A stretch of DNA of 64,000 nucleotides from Methanotrichaceae archaeon. GTDB taxonomy: Archaea > Halobacteriota > Methanosarcinia > Methanotrichales > Methanotrichaceae. The DNA is taken from positions 1 to 64,000 of the forward strand of contig CAVWIG010000019.1 of the NCBI GenBank assembly GCA_963754945.1, in the 5' to 3' direction. Under the pieces are notes generated by a model. That model worked only from the letters and a program-made list of their open reading frames with translations. It made no database searches and was not told where the DNA came from. The position numbers and the translations under genes are program-made. Shown in pieces: positions 58,857 to 64,000 of the stretch (position 1 is its first letter; every line of letters begins with the position of its first letter).

Positions 58857-58919
58857 CTGTCTTAGAGTGAGCTATGCAGATTTGGCTTGTTCGACTGCCA
58901 AACTGCCCAAATAAATAAT

Positions 58920-60011
58920 TCATAATCTTTTGTCATTGGCTTGGATTGCCAATGATACCAGCTCAACCAGATCTATGACCTTCCCATCTCCGCCAGCATC
59001 GTTCAGGTTTCTGATGCATAGCGGACAGGACGTGACGATGTAATCAACGCCCGTCGGAACGTCCAAAAGCCTCTTTCTTGCCATTCCGAGGGACAGATCT
59101 CTGTATCCCGATCGGACGCCTCCTCCTCCGCCGCAGCACCTGGAATGGTTGCGGTTGGCCTTCATCTCCTTGAGGTCACAGATCGCCTCTATGACCTTGC
59201 GAGGCTCATCGTAGATCTTGTGCCTCCTTCCCAGGTGGCAGGGATCATGGTAGGTGACAGTCAGTTCCAGAGGTTTGAGGTTCAGCTCTGATATGTGCTC
59301 TGCCAGGAACTCAGGCACGCTCAATACCTCGAACTCATCGGGATAGCTGTTCTTCAGCGTGGTGTAACAGCCTGCACAGCCAGTGACGAGAGTTTTAGCC
59401 CCCATCTCCTTTATCTGCCACAGGTTGGAGTTAATGAGCTCTCCTGCATCAAAACCAGTTCGTAGGAGTGGAGATCCGCAGCATTTTTCATCAGGGAGCA
59501 AGGCTGCTCCAAAGCGCCTCAGGATGTCGAAGGTTTTGGCGGCGATCTCCGGATACCTGTAGGAAGCCAGACAGCCCACGAAGTACACCAGATCCGCCTT
59601 ATGCGGCAATCCTCTTTGGTCCCTAAGCCAGCCAATCCTCGGTGTGGAATCTCCAAGGACATTGCCGCTGGAGTTCGTTTTCTTGCCGAGGCTTGACTGC
59701 TCCTCTGTCATTGTGCCTGATGATACCAGGACCCTTCGTGCGCCTTCGATAGACTTGGGAGGATCTACTCCTGAAGGACAGTTCTCTGTGCAGATTCCGC
59801 AGGTGGTGCAAGTATTAAGGCTGTTGAGGTCGTCGGTTTCAGCCTTGCTGCCCTCGGCTAATCTCTTCATGACCAGCATGCGGCCTCGGGCGCTGCTCGA
59901 TTCCCATCCAAGCTCCTCGAAGACAGGGCAGACTGACCTGCAGGCCCCACAGCGAACACATCTGTGGATAGACTGCAGATCGAAGTTCGCATCCAAGTTT
60001 TTCAAGATCAA
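58920..60011 (-). CDS. Fe-S oxidoreductase (GlcF/HdrD-like; 2x[4Fe-4S] plus CCG domains)
   Basis: CxxCxxCxxxCP twice; CCG, YHDPCHL and CCGGGGG motifs. Confidence 0.9.
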   Translation of the reverse strand: MILKNLDANFDLQSIHRCVRCGACRSVCPVFEELGWESSSARGRMLVMKRLAEGSKAETDDLNSLNTCTTCGICTENCPSGVDPPKSIEGARRVLVSSGTMTEEQSSLGKKTNSSGNVLGDSTPRIGWLRDQRGLPHKADLVYFVGCLASYRYPEIAAKTFDILRRFGAALLPDEKCCGSPLLRTGFDAGELINSNLWQIKEMGAKTLVTGCAGCYTTLKNSYPDEFEVLSVPEFLAEHISELNLKPLELTVTYHDPCHLGRRHKIYDEPRKVIEAICDLKEMKANRNHSRCCGGGGGVRSGYRDLSLGMARKRLLDVPTGVDYIVTSCPLCIRNLNDAGGDGKVIDLVELVSLAIQANDKRL

Positions 60012-60015
60012 GATA

Positions 60016-61392
60016 TCACAGGCCCAATTTTCCCGGATTCAGGATACCCTTTGGGTCCAGGGCTGCCTTGATCGCCCTCATGACATCCACGGCGGGTCCG
60101 CACTGGTCGTCCATGTACTGGGCTTTAGCTCTCCCGATTCCGTGCTCACAGCTCACCGTTCCGCCTAAATCAATCGCAGCCCGGTGAATTTCGTCTGCAG
60201 CGTGCATCAGTCGTTCCCACTGAGACTTGTCCATCACATCGATGAAAAGAGCCACGTGCAGGTTGCCGTCCCCGATATGGCCGTACTTCATTGCAGGAAC
60301 ATCGAACTCTTCGGATATCTCCTGGACCCGTTGAATTAAATTCGGTATCATTTTCAGGGGTACACCGGCATCCTCCCCGACATAAACGCGACTTTTAGCT
60401 GGATCCAACCTCGATACTGCAGCTCCAACTAGCCTGCGCGCAGCCCAGATTTCATCCATCTCGCTTTTGTTCGAGGCAATCCTGATGCTGGATGCAACCG
60501 GAGCACAAACGTCCACAATCCGTTGTGCTGATTCCTCAACAGAACTCATTGTTCCATCGATCTCGAAGAGAACGACATCTCCGTCCGGAATAAGCAGGTT
60601 TGGGCCACAGCGCTTCAACACCTGAATTGTGGTTCTGTCAAGGATCTCGCAGGCAGAGGGGATGATGCCGCTGGAGAACGTCTTTATCACTGCCTTTCCG
60701 GCTGTCTCTGCTGTTTCAAAAGAGGCTATTACCAGCCTTCTGGATTCCGGAAGGGGGATTATCTTCAGCCCGATCTTGGTTATCACCCCAAGGGTCCCTT
60801 CTGCTCCTATCATGAGCCGGGTTAAGTCATATCCTGCCGACGATTTTAGCATCTTGGAGCCTGTATTGATAACGCGGCCGTCAGCCAGAACAACTTCCAG
60901 GTCGAGCACATAATTGCGGCATGTCCCGTATTTGACACAACGCATGCCACTTCCGTTATTCGAGATCAGACCGCCGATGGTACACATGGCAGAGCTGCCC
61001 GGATCAGGAGGAAAGAAGAATCCTTGAGGCTTCAGAGCCTCATTGAGCCTGTCCAGAACGACTCCAGGCTCAACGACTACCTGGAGGTTGTCGACATCGA
61101 TTTCAATTACCCGGTTCATGCCCGACATGTCCAGGACGATGCCTCCCTTGACCGGCACGGCCCCTCCGACTAGTCCAGTTCCAGCACCTCTGGCAGTCAC
61201 AGGGACTTCGAATTCGCTTGCCAGGCAGAGTATTTGAGAGATCTCTGTTGTGCTATTCGGTCGAACTACATAATCAGGCATTCCTCCTACCATTGATGCA
61301 TCGGAGGAATAACAGTACAGCTCAGTCGGAGAGGCAGTAACCCTATCGCCAACGATTTTTTGAAGATCTTCGAGTACGACCATTGGGGACAT
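60016..61392 (-). CDS. FAD-linked 2-hydroxyacid dehydrogenase (GlcD/D-lactate dehydrogenase-like)
   Basis: RGAGTG, PDPGS, GAEGTLG, GHIGDGNLH, EHGIG and DPKGILNPGK motifs. Confidence 0.92.
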   Translation of the reverse strand: MSPMVVLEDLQKIVGDRVTASPTELYCYSSDASMVGGMPDYVVRPNSTTEISQILCLASEFEVPVTARGAGTGLVGGAVPVKGGIVLDMSGMNRVIEIDVDNLQVVVEPGVVLDRLNEALKPQGFFFPPDPGSSAMCTIGGLISNNGSGMRCVKYGTCRNYVLDLEVVLADGRVINTGSKMLKSSAGYDLTRLMIGAEGTLGVITKIGLKIIPLPESRRLVIASFETAETAGKAVIKTFSSGIIPSACEILDRTTIQVLKRCGPNLLIPDGDVVLFEIDGTMSSVEESAQRIVDVCAPVASSIRIASNKSEMDEIWAARRLVGAAVSRLDPAKSRVYVGEDAGVPLKMIPNLIQRVQEISEEFDVPAMKYGHIGDGNLHVALFIDVMDKSQWERLMHAADEIHRAAIDLGGTVSCEHGIGRAKAQYMDDQCGPAVDVMRAIKAALDPKGILNPGKLGL

Positions 61393-61634
61393 CTATCTAC
61401 ATTAATAATTATTTTATTCAGTTCATAGATATGGCAATTCTTTTCAAGACGGGATAATCATAACGACGGTTTAACCTTTGTGGTGGATTTGTGGTAAATG
61501 TGACGGTAATGCGAACGCGCATATTGGGATTTGAGTTCGCTCGGACAACTCAGAGAGGTTACGCTTTCAGAATGTCATAAAGGCTAAATAGGGCGTTGGC
61601 AAATGAAGCAAATCGTTTTTCGGAGGAACTGTAA

Positions 61635-64000
61635 GTGATCACAGAGGTGGCAGGACAGTATAATGCTCAAGACATCGAGGGCCAGGTCAGAGATCTGTGG
61701 GAAAAGTCGAAGATCTACTCCAAGACTAGGTCTAAGAGATCCGGGGGCAAGAAGTTCTTCTTCGTTGACGGTCCACCCTATACCACCGGCCGGATTCACC
61801 TGGGGACCGCCTGGAACAAGGTGATCAAAGACTCAGTTCTCCGCTACAGGTCCATGAACGGATACAGCGTAAAGGACCGGGCTGGCTGGGACATGCACGG
61901 CCTTCCCATCGAGGTCAAAGTTGAGGAGTCCTTCGGCTTCAAAAGTAAGAAGGACATAGAGGCCTACGGTGTAGACAAGTTCATACAGCGGTGCAAGGAG
62001 TTCGCCCTGCGGCAGAAGGATGATATGACGGTCCAGTTCAAGTCCCTTGGGGCTTGGCTGGATTGGGACGACCCCTATATGACCCTCAAGAACGAGTACT
62101 TAGAGGCAGCATGGTGGACGTTAAAGAAGGCGAACGAACACGGCCTTCTGGAGAGAGGGCTTCGAGTGGTCAACTGGTGCCCAAGGTGCGAGACTGCCAT
62201 TGCCGATTCCGAAGTTGAGTACTGGGACGAGACCGACTACTCCATCTATGTCAAGTTCCCGGTGGAGGGCGAGGCCAACACCTACATCGTCATATGGACA
62301 ACAACTCCCTGGACCATACCCGCAAATGTGGCAGTGGCTGTTCACCCTACATTTGAGTACTCCAAGGTCCGAGCCACCAAGGACGGCCAGGCTGATGTTT
62401 TGATCATGGCCTCTGATCTTGTCAAGTCAGTACTGAAAGAAGGACGCTACCAGGACTTTGAGGTCGTCGAAAAACTGACTGCCGAGGACATCACAAAACT
62501 GAAGTACCGCCATCCTCTGATCGACCTCGTTCCCAGACAGGCTCACATCGTTCATGGGGTCCACACAGCGGACTTTGTCACCGCCGAGAACACAGGATGC
62601 GTTCATATCGCTCCAGGGCACGGCATGGAGGACTTCGAGCTGGGAATGGACAACCATCTCGACATCTTCTGCCCAGTTGGGGAAAACGGGCGCTACACCG
62701 AGGAGGCGGGGCTGAAATACGACGGGAAGTACGTTAAGGAGGCCGACGGCGAGGTTATCCTTGACCTGGCAGAAAGAGGCCTCCTGCTGGCCCAGGGCAG
62801 GCTTGCTCACAGGTACGGCCACTGCTGGCGCTGCAAAACGCCTATCATATTCATCGCTACCAGACAGTGGTTCCTGAGAATATCCGACCTCCGGGATAAA
62901 ATGCTGGACGAGGTAAGCAAGATTACCTGGTACCCGGAGTGGGCAGGATCTGCAAGGTTCAGCGACTGGATTTCTAATGCGCGGGATTGGTGCATATCCA
63001 GGCAAAGGTACTGGGGAATTCCTCTGCCCATCTGGACCTGCCCTTCATGCGGCAAGATGGAGGTCATCGGAACTGCGGCAGAGCTGGAGGAGAGGAGCGG
63101 CCAGAAGGTTCCAGAACTGCACCGGCCGGATGTGGACAAAGTGTTCATCGACTGCCCGTGTGGAGGCAAGATGAAGCGATCTCCGGACGTCTTCGACGTC
63201 TGGTTCGACAGCGCAGTGGCTTCCTGGGCAACTCTGCACTTTCCGCGACAGCAGAAGGAGTTCGATTTGTGGTGGCCTGCCGACTTCATTACAGAGGGCC
63301 ACGATCAAACAAGAGGCTGGTTCTACTCTCAGCTTGGGGCCGCAATGGTCTCCTTCGGAAAAGCGCCTTACAAGAGCGTCCTGATGCACGGGTTCACCCT
63401 GGACGAGCAGGGTAGAAAGATGTCCAAGAGCATCGGCAACATAGTCCAACCCGAAGAGGTTGTGAATAAGTACGGTGCCGACACTCTAAGGATGTACGTC
63501 CTGGGGGCCAATGCCCCCTGGGAGGACCTGCACTTCTCCTGGGACGCTGTGGAGAACACCAGCAGGATGCTCAACATCTTCTGGAACGCCTACAGGTTCT
63601 GCCTGCCTTACATGATCCTCGACAAGTTCGACGCTTCCAAGGCGGACCTGTCCCGAGCCCGCCTCCGTCCGGAGGACCGCTGGATTCTTTCCAGAGTAAA
63701 CAGCCTGGCCGAGGAGATAGCCCAGGACATGGAGCAGTACCTGCTTCACAGGATCGCCCGGGCTATATCGGATTTCATCCTTGAGGATCTATCCCGGTGG
63801 TACATTCAGCTTGTCCGGCCTCGAACCTGGATTGAGCAAGACGACCCAGACAAGCTGGCGGCCTACGCTACCATCTATGAGGTTCTGGTTACTCTATGCA
63901 AGCTGCTAGCACCCTTCACTCCTTTCCTGGCAGAGTCGGTCTATCAGAACATTGTAAGAGGGCTGGACCCTGATGCTCCCGAATCTGTGCACATGTGCGA
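61635..64000 (+). CDS. ileS: Isoleucine--tRNA ligase (runs off the window end; absent from the ORF track)
   Basis: GTG start after GGAGG; [40 protein letters not shown] and KMSKS motifs. Confidence 0.96.
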   Translation, partial: MITEVAGQYNAQDIEGQVRDLWEKSKIYSKTRSKRSGGKKFFFVDGPPYTTGRIHLGTAWNKVIKDSVLRYRSMNGYSVKDRAGWDMHGLPIEVKVEESFGFKSKKDIEAYGVDKFIQRCKEFALRQKDDMTVQFKSLGAWLDWDDPYMTLKNEYLEAAWWTLKKANEHGLLERGLRVVNWCPRCETAIADSEVEYWDETDYSIYVKFPVEGEANTYIVIWTTTPWTIPANVAVAVHPTFEYSKVRATKDGQADVLIMASDLVKSVLKEGRYQDFEVVEKLTAEDITKLKYRHPLIDLVPRQAHIVHGVHTADFVTAENTGCVHIAPGHGMEDFELGMDNHLDIFCPVGENGRYTEEAGLKYDGKYVKEADGEVILDLAERGLLLAQGRLAHRYGHCWRCKTPIIFIATRQWFLRISDLRDKMLDEVSKITWYPEWAGSARFSDWISNARDWCISRQRYWGIPLPIWTCPSCGKMEVIGTAAELEERSGQKVPELHRPDVDKVFIDCPCGGKMKRSPDVFDVWFDSAVASWATLHFPRQQKEFDLWWPADFITEGHDQTRGWFYSQLGAAMVSFGKAPYKSVLMHGFTLDEQGRKMSKSIGNIVQPEEVVNKYGADTLRMYVLGANAPWEDLHFSWDAVENTSRMLNIFWNAYRFCLPYMILDKFDASKADLSRARLRPEDRWILSRVNSLAEEIAQDMEQYLLHRIARAISDFILEDLSRWYIQLVRPRTWIEQDDPDKLAAYATIYEVLVTLCKLLAPFTPFLAESVYQNIVRGLDPDAPESVHMC

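Noticed and set aside
61584-63749. Numerous short ORFs listed in this interval
   Set aside because: All are shadow or antisense frames of ileS. The same applies to most short ORFs overlapping purB, atwA, ygiQ and the TPR genes.

Overview
Archaeal methanogen chromosome segment. The gene set (atwA/component A2 with methanogenesis markers 3, 6, 5, 15, 17, 7; DGGGP synthase; archaeal DtdA; archaeal ileS) and the secreted TPR proteins suggest Methanosarcinia, most likely Methanothrix-like (inference). Housekeeping blocks (2.3-7.9 kb, 19.9-23.0 kb, 33.9-64 kb) alternate with an IS-dense accessory region at 14-34 kb. Ends and target-site duplications (TSDs) could be read for most elements: two IS701, two IS256 plus a diverged truncated IS256, IS66, IS200, three intact IS5-family elements plus a remnant, and a Mutator/ISH6-like element. 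Several insertions are nested. Three non-autonomous families each have a likely autonomous partner in the window: two MITE families, and IS200-derived hairpin elements down to about 45 bp. Features the ORF track misses: a split partner gene coupled to a PaREP1-type HEPN gene, a broken RxxxxH HEPN gene, a frameshifted RelE with an intact 58-aa acidic partner, and a serpin pseudogene. Also notable are a modular array of sequon-rich secreted TPR proteins and a two-blade lectin-like protein. No CRISPR array, rRNA or tRNA was seen. All family calls come from motif recognition; no database searches were run.
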